64,000 bases of DNA, taken from contig CM120647.1 of assembly GCA_051362555.1 (NCBI GenBank), positions 18,576,651-18,640,650 on the forward strand. The letters are read 5' to 3'. Of this stretch, positions 39,601 through 52,010 are shown in pieces. This DNA is from Lingula anatina. Lineage: Eukaryota > Animalia > Brachiopoda. Every line of letters starts with the position of its first letter. Within the stretch, counting starts at the first letter, position 1. Under the pieces are notes generated by a model. The model was not told where the DNA came from. It ran no database searches and saw nothing but the letters and a program-made list of their open reading frames with translations. The position numbers were made by a program, and so were the translations under genes.

Positions 39601-41236
39601 TGAGATAAATATTACATAATGACAGTTACCCTTTTAGTATACAGAGGTCGGGCCTTCACAATGAACCTTTGTTTTGCCAAAATCATTATAAATTCTGACA
39701 TGTCCTCTTCCATTAAAAGACCAATTAACAGGGGTGTCCCCTCATTATTTGCTGATGTTATCACTATAATTGTATATCCCACTGTCTATGGTTAATTATT
39801 CAGAAAAAAAGACTTAACTGTTAAGATTAGTTCATCCAAGAAAGCCAATCTTATCCTTCTCCAGATCAGTAAAATCATTGTATTATATTCAGAGAACAAG
39901 TCTTTGATCTCTCTCTCTCTCCACCCCCCCCCCCCCCCCCCACTTCCCAGTCCATGTAGATGTCCACACTAGAAAATAATGTTGTAACCAGGTGACTGCA
40001 TACCAACACACATATATGAGCATATATTTGTATAGCCAAGGATAGGTTTAGTAAAAGACTACAGCAATTGAAACTGGAGTAAATGCATCCACACCAAAAT
40101 AAGTTTATATCTTGATTCTGACTATAGGCACTAGTGATGGCTTTATGTCTGCATAATGCCCTGGTCAACAATCAGAAAACTTGGACATACCTTAACATAG
40201 CAAATCCTAAAATGACAACATCTTCAAAATGAACCAGGTGATTGTAAAGTAACTACATTCTGATTCATCAACTACAGTATCCAAAAATAAAGTTGTCCTT
40301 AGAAGTTAGACCTCATCTTGAAAGTCACTTCATGTTAAGGACAATGTTTAACATGTTCACTGATGTAGTGCATACCTTAGATACAGCTCCATACACACCA
40401 AACATTTTGATTCATCTTTTCAAGTGTAAACTAATTTCCCTCTTTCCTTTAGTTTTTTTTTTATCACTACAAAGGGGTGTCCTTTCCTGTCATATGAAGT
40501 TATTTTTTCCTTTAATTTTCAAAATTGGCTGAGATATCATGCAAAATACACCAATTTTTTTAGTCAAGTTAGGACACTCTTTCTTTGCTCATATGAAATT
40601 AATCTTTTTTGTAATCAAGTTGGGAAGCTTTTATTTAGTACATGGAAAATATGCCACTTTTACAGTCAAATTTTGTCCGTTTCACTCAGTACATAGAAAA
40701 TTGACAACTTTATAGTTGATTTAGGGTAGTAATTTACTACCTGCCATCCCAGCAGACCAAGGATTTAATACACACACAAAAAAAAGACAAAAAAAAAAAA
40801 AAAAAAAAAATGAACCTGTCACCTCCCTTTAATGCATAAAATACTCAAAATTCATGATTCAGCGCAAGGACATCCTTATACAAGAACACACACACACACA
40901 CACACACACACTCAATCAATCAATACATTTTTTGCAGTAAATAAGTATATTTATACAAATTCAGTTTCAGTTTTAATGGGATTGCCTTTTTTTCTCACCG
41001 TTCTCTAAATACATGAGCAAGTTCTGCACGGCCCTTCTCTCCCCCTCCAGTAATTCGGGATCATTGGCATCATCTTCCACGCTCCCATCCGGTTTGGGAT
41101 AGCAACCACATGTGATGCAGTATGCGCAGTATCCGGCCAACCGCCGCAAGATCTTCAAAAGTTCATCGAAAAAGTCGCGTTTCTTCTTCTTGGTGGGAAT
41201 GGCCCTGCCCTGAATCATAACCAGCTCCGCAGACAT
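27743..41236 (-). CDS. VAC8: Vacuolar protein 8-like armadillo-repeat protein, 10 coding exons, 581 aa
   Basis: Minus-strand exons 41236-40999, 32997-32875, 32396-32277, 31063-30818, 30462-30254, 29846-29541, 29184-29070, 28519-28385, 28176-28051, 27870-27743 (1746 nt, phases join). Collinear with yeast Vac8 motifs as I recall them: ERRAVQNLLMYLE, SDNDELQQSAALCYAEISE, EVQCNTCGCITTLAT, IRVQRNAAGAILNLTH, DPDIQYYCAAALSNMAV, VQCQACLALRNLASD, CLRNLSIH, VQSEVSAALAVLA, FVHIALWTLQQLL. Acceptor at 41258 implies an upstream non-coding exon. Confidence 0.9.
28906..29046. repeat. (GAT)n-derived tract with perfect 60-bp tandem duplication
   Basis: 28921-28980 is identical to 28981-29040. Confidence 0.9.
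31361..31825 (+). repeat. Interspersed repeat with (GA)n, copy 1
   Basis: (GA)n followed by about 400 bp alignable to 46797-47285 (ATAATGTGTTAATGAAAAGATAACAC, TATTTTACCACCAAGGCAGC, ACAGCAGCTGCTGTTAAAT). Confidence 0.75.
31829..32040. mobile_element. Diverged MITE with TIRs related to the 42607-42915 element
   Basis: Left ATTCACAACCAAGTTGAGCC resembles ATTCACAACGAGTTGAGCC; right end GGCTGGTTGTGAAC is its inverse. Confidence 0.5.
35025..35217 (+). mobile_element. 215-bp MITE family, isomer B (22-bp internal deletion)
   Basis: GGCTGTATTCCCA...TGGAAATGGGGTC, TAA TSD on both sides. Confidence 0.85.
35771..35985 (+). mobile_element. 215-bp MITE family, isomer A
   Basis: GACCCCATTCCCA...GAGAATGCACTC, TAA TSD on both sides. 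Confidence 0.88.
38235..38392. repeat. Degenerate (ATACA)n simple repeat
   Basis: AATAC/AATAT pentamer runs. Confidence 0.7.
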
Positions 41237-42606
41237 CTTTGGAGTGGATTTCTATTGGCTTAAAGAAACAAATCACATTAATACATATTAGTGTTAAAGC
41301 ATAAATTCATCGCTCATAAGTTGTTCTGAATTTTAAGACCGAAAAATCTAGTCCACTTTGGTTCAGGTAAGTTCTGTGATAGCCCACTAAGAATAAAGCC
41401 GTTATGAATCTAAAACATTAGCCATTTTGACTCTTTTTATGAATCAGAAAAAAAATAATTTAACGTGGACTAGGACTGATGATAGTTTTACCTAAGAAAT
41501 TATACATAAAAATCACCTTCTTCTTAATATGTTAAAACTACTGAATGATCTGACCCCAGATAACTGACTTTTTAACATATGTAAATGGATAAAAATACTG
41601 ATAGCTGATTGGATGATGCTTACAATGATCGACAACCTCCTGAGAGCTGATTGGATGGTACTTACAATGATTGACACCCCCAAATGACAAGCTGATCATC
41701 AAAGCATCCCCAAACATGCCACAGACTTACTTTATTATAAGAAGATTAAAATCAGCTTTACGATGTTTATTTTCCTTTTTTAAACACAATTTCTAGTAAA
41801 TATGCATGTTTTTGAAAAAAAAAAAAAAACTTTTATATTCATTTATCAAAAAAAAAAAAATTATTATCTGAAATCATATCAAAAATCAAATATTAATTTG
41901 GCAAAATTTTCTACATATAAACATCAAGAGCACAAAGTAAACCTCTCACTGCTCATCTTACCAAGGGAAACACACAGGGAAAAAATTTCTCCAATGTCTG
42001 CCAAAATTTGCAGTTTCCTCAGATCTCAATGATCTGCTATGGTTGGCGTGAAGTAAGTGAATATCAGTCTTGAGATACCACTCCCTTACTTCTGACCCTC
42101 TTGGAAAGATCTCTTCCACCCCAAAACACTCGGGCTCATAACCTGTCCTCTCTCTCTTTCACTTTCTTTGTCTCTCCAAGTCCTTTATCTTGTTCTCAAG
42201 CTCCACATGGTAATGACCCAATGGCTTATGGTCATGAAATGGGCTTCACCTAGAATAGACATTTTTGAATGGTAATAACAGTTTTTTCCACCTTGACTGC
42301 ACAGGTAAATGGTACTTAGTTGTTGCCTTTAAGATATTTTAAAAACTGAATAGCTTTCCACCAAAGACCTTCATCAGCCGTGTTCTGCATTTTAAGTTGT
42401 AATTATCATAGAATTTTCAAACAAAAGCCAGAGTGAAAATACCCATAAATTTTAGCTGTTGTATGAGGAAACTTATTGTAACCCTGGGATGGTTAAATTA
42501 AATGTTATTGAAAATGGAGGCTTCTTTCCCCCCCCTCCCCCCAACCCATACACGTTATTCCCATTGACAGCTTAATTTGGCTATTAGACTTGGGAATGAG
42601 CCCTTA

Positions 42607-42915
42607 GATCGCATTCACAACGAGTTGAGCCAGGATTTACAAATCCTGGGGACTAAATATGGCGGACGTACATGAAAGAAAAACTTCCTAATCTTTTAAT
42701 AGTCTCTCCACCTCTCACACCGCACGCCTCCCCACACGTCGTCCCAATGGAGCCGAGATTTAATGACTGTCCCCCCGCAGGGACGACATGTGGGGAGGCG
42801 TGTGAGAGGTGGAGAGACTATTAAAAGATTAGGCGGTTTTTCTTTCATGTACGTCCGCCATATTTAGTCCCCAGGATTTGTAAAGCCTGGCTCAACTCGC
42901 TGTGAATGCGATCTC
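42607..42915. mobile_element. Fold-back MITE with about 135-bp near-perfect inverted arms
   Basis: GATCGCATTCACAACGAGTTGAGCCAGG...GTCGTCCC (loop about 34 nt) GGGACGAC...CCTGGCTCAACTCGCTGTGAATGCGATCTC; TTA on both flanks. Confidence 0.88.
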
Positions 42916-43340
42916 TTAGTCATACTAAATAGCTTTTCTGATACCCATTCCCTGATCTGCACATTTTCCTAGGGTTCTATAATATATTGATTCAACCAGT
43001 AATCTGAGAAACTAAATTGAACCTAATACTAAACAGTCTCTGCCATTAGGCACAAAACCATTTAAATTGCCTGATAACATGCGAAAACGTTAATAGTACA
43101 CCAACTTCAAAGACACAGCAAGAAACAATATGCAGGCTTACCAAGGATACACTATATCTGTTAGAAGAAGATGACAAGGTCCAAGGGAGGGCACACGGAA
43201 AACAGGAGGTGAACTGCCAGTATTCAGTTATATATTTCAGGTGAGGCTACCTTGTCAGGGCACTTGCAAAAGTGTGTTCACATCAGCTCTTACTTAAACC
43301 AGAAGCTAGTAGACTAATTGACATCATCTGACTGTGCTCA

Positions 43341-43920
43341 CATCAGGACTAACTCAGACTAGAAGTACACTAGGTATGGGAATAGGGTCTAAATCAGGAC
43401 TAACTCAGTCTAGAAGCACACTAGGTATGGAAATAGGGTCTAAATCAAGACTAACTTAGGCTGTATTCCAAGAGTTTTTAGATCAATCTATCCCCACGGG
43501 GAGTCTCACTAGATTACTGTCAGATAATCCGGCTTAAATGTCCGTCCCGCCTACTACAAGCTGTAAGGGGGTAATTAACTTTCGTGTCCGCTCGGCTGAC
43601 AGCTATTTAGCGTGAACCCCCAGGGAGTAAGGTCGATCTAAAGTAGATCGATCTAATCTCTGGAAATGGGGTCTTAGAGTAGAAGTACACTAGGTATGGG
43701 AATAGGGTCTAAATCAGGACTAACTCAGACTGGAAGTACACTAGGTATGAGAATAGAGTCTAAATCAGGACTAACTCAGACTAGTAGTACACTAGGTATG
43801 GGAATAGGGTCTAAATCAGGACTAACTCAGACTAGAAGTACACTAGGTATGGGAATAGGGTCTAAAGCAGGAATAACTCAGCCTAGAAATACACTAGGTA
43901 TGGGAATAGGCTCTAAAAAG
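43341..43920. repeat. 51-bp tandem repeat (about 7 units) interrupted by a MITE
   Basis: Unit AAATCAGGACTAACTCAGACTAGAAGTACACTAGGTATGGGAATAGGGTCT. Confidence 0.92.
43459..43673 (+). mobile_element. 215-bp MITE family, isomer B, inserted into a 51-bp tandem repeat
   Basis: GGCTGTATTCCAA...TGGAAATGGGGTC, TTA TSD; neighbouring intact repeat units define the empty site. Confidence 0.9.
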
Positions 43921-46796
43921 TACACTAAGCAACATCGATCACCAATTGATCAGGGCCCCATTTCACACAAGATGTCATGGGTTTGATAAAAAAAAAAAAA
44001 AAAACTACTTTACAAAATGGCATCCAGCATAAAAAAATGCTGGATCATACAACATTAAAGGGATAATAACTCCTCGTATGAGATCTATATTTCACAATAA
44101 AAACATTGTAAACGACTCATAGAAACATAATATATTCTGTTGTACAAGAAAAACGGCAGTTATAGCTATTATTCTGATATCTGAGCTTGTCTTTAGACCA
44201 CGTGACCTCCATTGAGGGCTATGCTCTGTTAAAATCTCTTAAGAGATTATAACAAAAACTTTTTTGAAAAAAAAAACAGGGACTAACTTTGAATGTACAA
44301 ATGGATTCAGTAACCATTGGTAAGTACGGGAAAATTGTTGTTTACTCCAGGAAAATTCATTTTTTAGCCAAAAAGAAGAGCTTTTATACCTTCATCATTT
44401 GCCTTTAAAAAGTCACATTTCCCAAAGAGGCTAGCCGGGCAACTTTAAGTCCCCTGAGGACACAGAGGAGCTGTGAACTGCATGGAAGTATTCTGTACAA
44501 CAACTCATTAAATCCATTCTAATGCTAGAGAAGTGTGACAGTAATTGCATGGTTTAAAATGAGTACAATTTATCTTGACACTGTGAGGCTAAAGGTGATG
44601 TCAGGTGACTCTGAAATGAGACAAACTTCACCACCTTCTGAACAAAATCACAGATTTCTCTCTTGCCTATTTCCGTTCAATTTAGTATAATAGAAGGCAA
44701 GTGGGGTCCAAGTTTAAAGATCTATGCATTTGAAGTCAAAATTTTGACAGTCAAATGCCACCATATATTTTCAAATAGTACAAGGCATCATTACCCAAAA
44801 ATGATCTTTTACAGAAGGGATATTTTCTGCTTAATTTTTAATTCACTTGACAACATCCCCCCCCCCCCCCTCCAATGTGCACTACTGTCCTAGCAGGGGC
44901 AGAGCAATAAAACCTTACTTGAAAGGCTCGCTTTCCAGTGGGTGGTGCCATATTTAATCCACAGACTAGTTAGTCTGTGCACCAACCGGTTCTGAATGGG
45001 CCCTTAGAAATAATGCTCTTCTTTGTAACAAGACCCTGACAGCTATATTATCAATGATGCTTCCAAGACATCTACTTTAAAAAGACATGCCATTGTGCAC
45101 ATTTTTACCAGTACTTCAAAGGTTGTCTAAACAATCCCAGCCATTCAAGAAATGTGACGTCACATCAAGGTGTTATGTGATGCCTAAGTGTTATGTGAGT
45201 CCTAAGTATTAGGTGAATCCAGTCTCCTTTGCAAACAGTCCAATAACATGCACAGTATATATGAAAATATCCGCTGTTTCAATAATAAGGTGACCATCTA
45301 CCTTGAATCAACTAATTTTAATACCTCTGGGGTAACAAATGACCAAATCTACCCCCCCCCCCCTTCCAAAAAAAAAATTATATAAAACTGACAAAGCACC
45401 TGTTGAGTACAGTTCTAATTTTACACTCTCCCCCCCTCCCCCTCCAAGTCTTTTAAGTATGAATCACATTTCTTGTCTGCTCACATTACTTTGAGATAAT
45501 GATTCACATTAACAGTACTTTAAACTTTTCACATAGCAGCCTGTCACTGTTAATGCTTTCAGTGGTGAAATGTTCCACAAAACAGCTTCAGGAAGAAGTG
45601 TAGTAATTGCCCCCCCCCCCTTCCTCCCCCTCCAAAAGATTTTTTCTTGACCACTTTCTGATCTTCGTCGAAAGTCTTAAAGTATTCTTGTTGTTGTTTT
45701 TCTTCTTATCATATCTTATCATTATTTAATATGCAAGGTTAAGGGGGAAATAAAATAAAGTAACAAGTGACTTGTTAGTTCAGAAACACCTCTCATAACA
45801 TTATTACAAAGCAAAAAATATATTCCACAGCAATTTGTATCAATTATACAACAGAGAAAGCACATAAGCCAGACAACACATGAAGTGCTACAATTTCACA
45901 ATCTGCAGGCACTAAGTAACCTGTATAAAACATAAAAAATCCATAAATCCAGGCAAAATGTCAAGCTCTATACAGTCAATATTTCCAATATTTAATGACA
46001 GCCACCCCAGAGTCTATAATTTCACAGACAGGAAATTACATAAGCCCAGACAAGACAACAGACAGTCTTTACTAACCACTAGGCCATCCTTACATCATAC
46101 AGACCAATGGGTTCTTATTACCTCAAGCACTTTTATGGACATTAAATTACAGAAGAGAAGCTTTGTAGTAGACAAATACACCACTGAAGTGATAATTCCA
46201 TTCCATTATGGACCTACGTAATATACAATATATATACCACAGCTTTCTCTCACTGATAAATGTATATTAGAGACAATGTCCCTGATGTTAAAGCATACCT
46301 GTGTAAATAGTAAACTAATGATGACTGTTGTCTTACTGCAACTTTACAATTAAAGTGTTTGTTCTTTTTTTTTGACAGCAACATAAAAATCAAACAAGAA
46401 AAAGTCCACATGATAAAATACCTTAAAAAATAAACTAATTAAATAATGAACTTGTGTCTGTATCTTTATACAACTTCAGAACAGTTTCTCTACAGAGTAT
46501 TTATAACGACAAAGAGCAAGAGACTTAAAAGGCACTAAATTCATCTGACAAAAAAAATGCTACCATACTGGAATTTTATGGTGATCTCATTAAGAGGTGG
46601 TGAACTGGACTTGGTCAGCCCAACTAACCTGGAAACACGACTAAAATAACTGCTGCATGTCATGATGTTCATCAACCCAGGCATAGAGCAATTTATCAAA
46701 TACCACCATGTCTTCAAACAAAGGAAATGATACTGGTATATTTCTGTATATAAATAGGTTTGTAAATTGTTTTTGCCATTTGAAGAGTCTCAAATT

Positions 46797-46816
46797 AGAG
46801 AGAGAGAGAGAGAGAG

Positions 46817-46866
<50 letters not shown>

Positions 46867-47285
46867 AAGGGAGAGAAGAAAAAGAGAATCTATTTGTAAT
46901 TTTGCTGGAAAAAAATAACTTTTTTAAACAAATATTATTTTCTCATGTACAATTAGCATCTCTTACGAGGCAGTCACAAACAGAATCTTAATATCTTGAT
47001 AACATATTTATAATGTGTTAATGAAAAGATAACACACACCCTGTATTTTACCACCAAGGCAGCTGATCATAAATTAACAGTTGCTTTTTTAAGTATTTAA
47101 AAACACGAACAGCAGCTGCTGTTAAATTAGGTAGTATTGTTGAATTAAGAAAGTGCAAAAATGGTGGTTATATATATATATATACTCATTAAAACCCCCG
47201 TGAAAATGAGGATATATTATTGAATTAATTGTGTGCAAAAGCCCAGTTCCCGAAAGCCGGGAGGTATTATACAGGGAATGACACC
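46797..47285 (+). repeat. Interspersed repeat with (GA)n, copy 2
   Basis: Same blocks in the same order as 31361-31825. Confidence 0.75.
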
Positions 47286-50116
47286 CCATAATACTAGTAA
47301 CTGTAAAATTCTGCAGAACTTTCCGCACCAGTCAACATCATGAGCTCGTTTCACCACCTGACTAAAACTTCTTAGGCTCTTTCACACGGTGTATTACACA
47401 GAGCAAAATTTAAACACTTAAAACTTGTCCCAACATGCAATTACTGAATGGGGAGGATGGTCCTTTTCAATTTTCATCTCTTTCCTGAAACGGCTAACAT
47501 TTAAAATCAGTCTATCAAAAGTATCAAAAACTGTTATTGGTCTTATCCTTGTGTTATAGTTATAACATAAAAGGCAAACATGAGACATAAAACGGCTCTG
47601 TAATTCTGACTCAGCAAAATAATCTTCACTGAAAAAAGGTGCTTTTCAAAATCTTTATAAACAATAACAAAATCAACACACCTGTTACTTGTTATTAACA
47701 CCTTAAAGCTGGATGCCACTTAAACCTGACTTAAAGCAGCTCAAATGAAAACAGATCAACAACCTCTTACTAGAGAACTATTTTCATAACCCATTACAAG
47801 CCCAAATCCCCGGGTAATGTCCTCACTGGTGTTGCCTTAATAAATAAATTAACAAATAATAACAGCCAACAGCTGCCATGGCCATGTGTACCTGTATGTG
47901 CTGGTTCATTGTTCACTTCAGACAAAGAACTTACCTTAAATTCACTATTTATAAGTTTGCATGATCTGTGCGCTGAATTTAACATAAACATAAACCCAAA
48001 TTTATAATATTATTTTTTGTGACAATGTGGTGTCTCTCCCCATCTGGGTTCAGGCTAGGGACAGCACTTTTACTGATGCACTGATGAACAGAGCTCCTGC
48101 AATCTCATAATAACATATATGTACTAGTATACACTGAAGAAGGTCACGGTGGGACTGAAGCTTTGTAAGGCTTTTGTGACAAAAGTGAAAAGTTTCAACT
48201 CATGATCAATATCAACAGACTACATGCAAGTAGATAAATTTCCCTTTCAAAACCCAAAGTTATAGAAAGTTACTTGTCCTACAATGCCTCTTTTAAAAAT
48301 GATTTACTGACACACAATATTACAATTTATTATTATTGTATTATAAAAAGGTATCATAGTTTGTGTTGCACTCTGGCACTAGATGTCTCTGCTGCAGTAA
48401 ACTATATACAAATCACTTACTAGTATCAATTTATTTGTTGTGTATTTATTTGTTGTTCAAAAGCCAATAGTTATTACCATACTCCTTCATGTGATAGGAT
48501 TTCAAAGAAGAAAGAAAAAGTCATGTTTTACTGTGGTCAGTTCAACCATCCCTGATACCAAAAAAGATAGAGAATTCATTGTAGCCAAACACACGTGTTG
48601 TGGTGAGACATGTAAGCACGCATGCATGCACACACACACACTCATCAACTGAAGCAAAGACCACATCCACATCAGTACTAGTACTTAACTGAATATTTAA
48701 AACAGTAATAACTTCACTGCATCTCAGATGGCATACTCGATCCAGTTCATAACAACTCAGATCAGCTTTATTTAAAAAAGGAACTTCTAAATTATCATTC
48801 GAATCAAATGTCACTGAGACAAAGAAAATTGCACGCGTTCAAGTGTTAAGAACACAAGGTCAATTTAAGACACAAAAGTGATAAAGAAAATTGTCCACAA
48901 TTTAAATCATTTTGGTTTCAAGTATCAACAAGAATGCCAAAGAAATTTAGCACGTGCAATAAAATGTTTGGGATACAATGATGCAATGTCAATTTTAGAA
49001 ATGACTGCCACAAAGAGAACCAAGTATGCATTAAACTAAGTAAAATGTGAGAAAACGGGGTGCCACAAACAAATCCACTCACAATAATAATAATAATAAT
49101 ACACTTATTGAAAGAGGTATACACTTATTGAAAGAGGTATAAACATGTAAATTAAAACTTGAATAAATAAATAAATCTAAATAAATACAAGAAAGTTGGG
49201 TCTTGTGAGAGAAAGCTCTGTGATACTGAAATGATATATTTTGCAAAAAGGAAATTTCAGAATATATACCATTATATATATCGGGGAACAATTCCCATTA
49301 ACACGTCTACATTCCCAGAAATGTCTGAAAACTCTCCGGGCTATCGAACTGACATGAATTACTCACCAGCATAGTATTTTTGAGGACCATCAATTAACAG
49401 ACTGGTATGATATATCTCAATAACTATAACTCTTTGGGACGTGACCTTCCATCCTTGATGACTTTATGACAGGAGAGCTTGAACTCTTCAACCTTTCCAA
49501 GACATTTTGGGACATGAACCCTCTTATTCATTTGGGGCAACAAGTGCTTCTCTTTCTCTCTCTCACACACCCGCGACAGATATGGGTAGGAACACAACAT
49601 ATTACATTTTTTTACATTTAGCATTGGAGAACCTTCTACCATTTTTTTCATTTTTTCACACCTGAAAAAGCAAACAAACAAACAAACAAACATCTGAACT
49701 TTCACACCTTTAACCTCAATCAAAACCTCAAATAACACCACTCCTGCTATCAACCTCAAGCACTGTATATTTTCAAACATGTTAATTTGTATAAATTTGT
49801 TCTATAAATATAAAAAATCTACCAAATTTTTCCATTTTCTCAAATTGTTTATTGGATGGAAGCAAGTCTTATTACTCCACAGTCATAAATACATATTTAA
49901 AAAACAGAAATGTTTTGTCTTATCTGAACCAAATTATACAACATATAGGATGTGGTTCAACCACTCACAAACCCAGCAATAATAATATTTTATGTATATG
50001 ACAATGTCTTTCTGCTTTACTGAATGCTATGACAAAAATAATTTTCTAAACATGCCCAATTGTTTCTTTTGACATCAGTTTAGGATAATTTTTTCAGGAC
50101 TTATTCTGTGCATTTT

Positions 50117-50155
<39 letters not shown>

Positions 50156-51137
50156 CACACACACACGGTACAGCTTGTACAATTATTAGGCCCATCTTTC
50201 CCACCTTTCATTCTCATCTATCTTTCCTACCTCAACTTGACTGGTTATAAAGTTACAAGTCTCCTTTCAGTTCTCCACATCAGTATTTACATGTCCTGGG
50301 ATTTGTGAGAAAAACAAAACCAACGCAAACAAGCCCTCCCTCATTGGCTGTACTTTCTGACGTCTCTAAATTAACATGTTCCCCAACACCTTCTAATTGC
50401 ATGACACTGTGCCCGACTTTTATCAACCGACTCGATCAAAATTGGAGACACGTTCTCACCTGTCAGGCGAATGAATTACTGGAGATGTGTTCTCACCTGT
50501 CACGCCAAAGGCGTAAACAGCATTCTCATCTTGCTCTACAATAAATATTCTTAAATTTTAATACCTTACTTATTAGAATATTATAATTTTTCAATGTTTT
50601 GAGCAACTTTTTGTCAAGATAGTTATAATATGTCAAAATGAAATCTTTACTGTAATGGCTCATTCTGTTTGGACAAATCACAAGGATATATTCACAAAGC
50701 AATTGTTTGTAATAATGAAATTCATAAAGTATGATAAATGACAATACAAAATTTTGTACTGCAACTCGGGTTTGGATCAGAAGGCATACATTTGTGATTA
50801 AACAGCAAAAAAAGATAAATCTTGGGCCGGGGGGGGGGGGGGTTCAAACAAAACATTAGTGTTATAAATTGGAATGAAGAGTAACATACATCAGCACATT
50901 TCAGGAGATAATATAAGCAACTTTCCTTCAGAGAGACTACAAAAGCATGTTACTGTAAGGATATTTCCATGTTACTTGTGAGCCATATTAAAACATGCAG
51001 TGGCTTGGTCACACTTGAGAGATCAGTCAGTATAAATATATATATAAATAGCTTCATGTAAGTAGATATATACTGACCATCAACTGCAGGCCACTGTCTG
51101 AAGTATACTAACATAGTGTGGCAAGTATGTGTCAAAT

Positions 51138-51294
51138 TGGGGCCGTAGCCATGGCCCGAAGGTTCAACAGTCCGAATGTTCACTATAGAACCTTCGGACC
51201 AATGAACACTTGATTTAAAAACGATGAAAATGTTACCATTTTCGGACCAATGAACCTTTGAACTAATAAACCTTCAGACTACCGAGACGCCCCA
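51138..51294. mobile_element. Small TIR element with subterminal ~15-bp repeats and 8-bp TSD
   Basis: TGGGGC...GCCCCA flanked by TGTCAAAT on both sides; internal CCGAAGGTTC / GAACCTTCGG subrepeats in inverted orientation. Confidence 0.7.
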
Positions 51295-51905
51295 TGTCAA
51301 ATTATTCTAAACAGCCATCATAATATAAAGAAAATGGTCTAATATATATATTAATATCATATTCATAATGCAATATGCAATATGCTGGTTATAGTTGTTG
51401 TATAAACTGATCCATTCAGCAATTGTTTATTTATTTGATTATTATTGTGATTATTTTTGAACACTGGTTCCATGAGTGGTGCTATATGGATGTCTTGGTC
51501 TACCCATAAATCAGGGCAACTCTGGCACAATTCGAACTCACTTATCTTTTTAATTTGACAAAAGTGTAGACTGAGTCTATTTAATACAAATTTTAATATT
51601 GGCGTGCTTTTTTAATTTGGAAGTTAAGAGTCTAGAGAAATACTTTTCAGTTTTTCCACTAAGCTTCATTATACATTTTGAAGCATGTATACACAATGGA
51701 AGCCAATGCACGTGGACCGGTAACAGCACACAAAGCAAATTCACTTCAGCAAAATATTGATTCGGCTTGCGAATGAATAATAAATACGAAAATGCATAGC
51801 CTTCCACTTCCAGCCTTTGCACACAAAAATCTGAAAACCTGAATTGCAAGTATGCATCGCAGTGCAAGTTTATATCCCTAGCCTTAATAAAGAGACAAAA
51901 CTTAC

Positions 51906-52010
51906 CTCTCAACCTTGTGGAACCTTGCAGAAGAGAGCACCACACACTGTTGGACTTCTGTCTTTCTTGTTGCTTGCCACTATGTTTTGTTCGACAGCTG
52001 TGCTAGATGT
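51906..52010 (-). other. Probable non-coding first exon (5'UTR) of the Vac8-like gene
   Basis: Strong minus-strand donor GAG|GTAAGT at 51906/51905 next to a CpG-enriched promoter-like segment; the first coding exon needs an upstream donor. The 5' boundary is approximate. Confidence 0.5.

Noticed and set aside
27743-41236. Fungal contamination or recent horizontal transfer explaining Vac8
   Set aside because: Large introns carry the same MITE family found beside the other genes, and base composition is continuous with the flanks.
43696-43986. 96-aa ORF with 17-aa repeats
   Set aside because: Translation of the 51-bp minisatellite; the array is disrupted by a MITE and has no splice or expression cues.
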